Assembly (NCBI GenBank): GCA_002269645.1
Contig: NIVC01000278.1
Span: 375,070 to 439,069, forward strand
Reading direction: 5' to 3'
Length of the DNA stretch: 64,000 bases
Source of the DNA: Macrostomum lignano
Lineage: Eukaryota
In this document: one piece after another, positions 63,583 through 64,000 of the stretch
Layout: every line of letters begins with the position of its first letter
How positions within the stretch are numbered: position 1 is the stretch's first letter
Notes under the pieces: generated by a model
The model's database searches: none
Told to the model about the DNA's origin: nothing
Seen by the model: only the letters and a program-made list of their open reading frames with translations
Program-made: the position numbers and the translations under genes

Positions 63583-64000
63583 ATGAGTTTGTCCAAGCAG
63601 CCACAGAGTTTCATAAACCCGGGTATGGAGAAGCTAAGAAAAATATTGATCAGGTCAAAGAAACTATCGACGACATACAGGAAACAAGTGCAAAAGGTTT
63701 TGGGCAAAATTCCAGAAGCACCACAGATACAGCCGCAACCACAACAAACCACAACCAGTATTCAATACTAAAAGTGACAGATAACATTTTTGGACCAGTA
63801 AGAGCGTGTCGAACATGATGCGGAATGTATTTGGAATAAGTTGTGGAGAAAAACATTTTAATGAACCAGTGGAATATTATATCGACATAAATAAGAAACA
63901 TATTTCTGTTGTCAAAGGCTCGGAAACTAAGAGCATTCCTTTCACAGAAACCTTACTGACTTTTATGACCAAGAACCAAGAGAAGAATCTCGGACAAACA
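63583..64000 (+). pseudogene. Divergent Maverick ORF fragment (frameshifted), truncated by the window edge
   Basis: MSLSKQPQSF...DNIFGPV...FNEPVEYYIDINKKHISVVKGSETKSIPFTETLLTFMTK; loosely resembles a conserved Maverick accessory ORF. Confidence 0.35.

Larger units (their letters stand above)
60584..64000. mobile_element. Maverick/Polinton (adintovirus-like) element, left end; continues beyond the window
   Basis: Adjacent intronless minor and major capsid genes, A-rich start contexts (AAAAATG), subterminal ~80-bp direct repeats, and a candidate AGTAG terminus at 60584. Confidence 0.8.

Overview
Eukaryotic, repeat-rich genomic window with GT-AG introns, probably from an invertebrate animal (the taxon cannot be fixed from sequence alone). 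The only clearly recognisable host gene is the deubiquitinase MINDY3/FAM188A (first three coding exons, minus strand, continuing off the left edge). Its second intron is almost entirely a ~5.9 kb, 24-bp minisatellite. The rest is a nest of mobile DNA and satellites: a near-intact, 9-exon autonomous Helitron encoding an STPR-like repeat + OTU protease + Rep + Pif1 helicase protein (~1838 aa, one 1-bp frameshift), joined head-to-tail (CTAG|TCC) to a non-autonomous relative with two 3' termini; the end of a Maverick/Polinton element with minor (intact) and major (frameshifted) capsid genes running off the right edge; several Mutator-type MITEs with 9-bp TSDs; a truncated Gypsy LTR+gag; a LINE 3' end; a KDM3/JmjC pseudo-exon; several degenerate spliced genes; and many minisatellites. 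No CRISPR array, rRNA or convincing tRNA. All assignments come from manual reading and motif recall; no searches were run.
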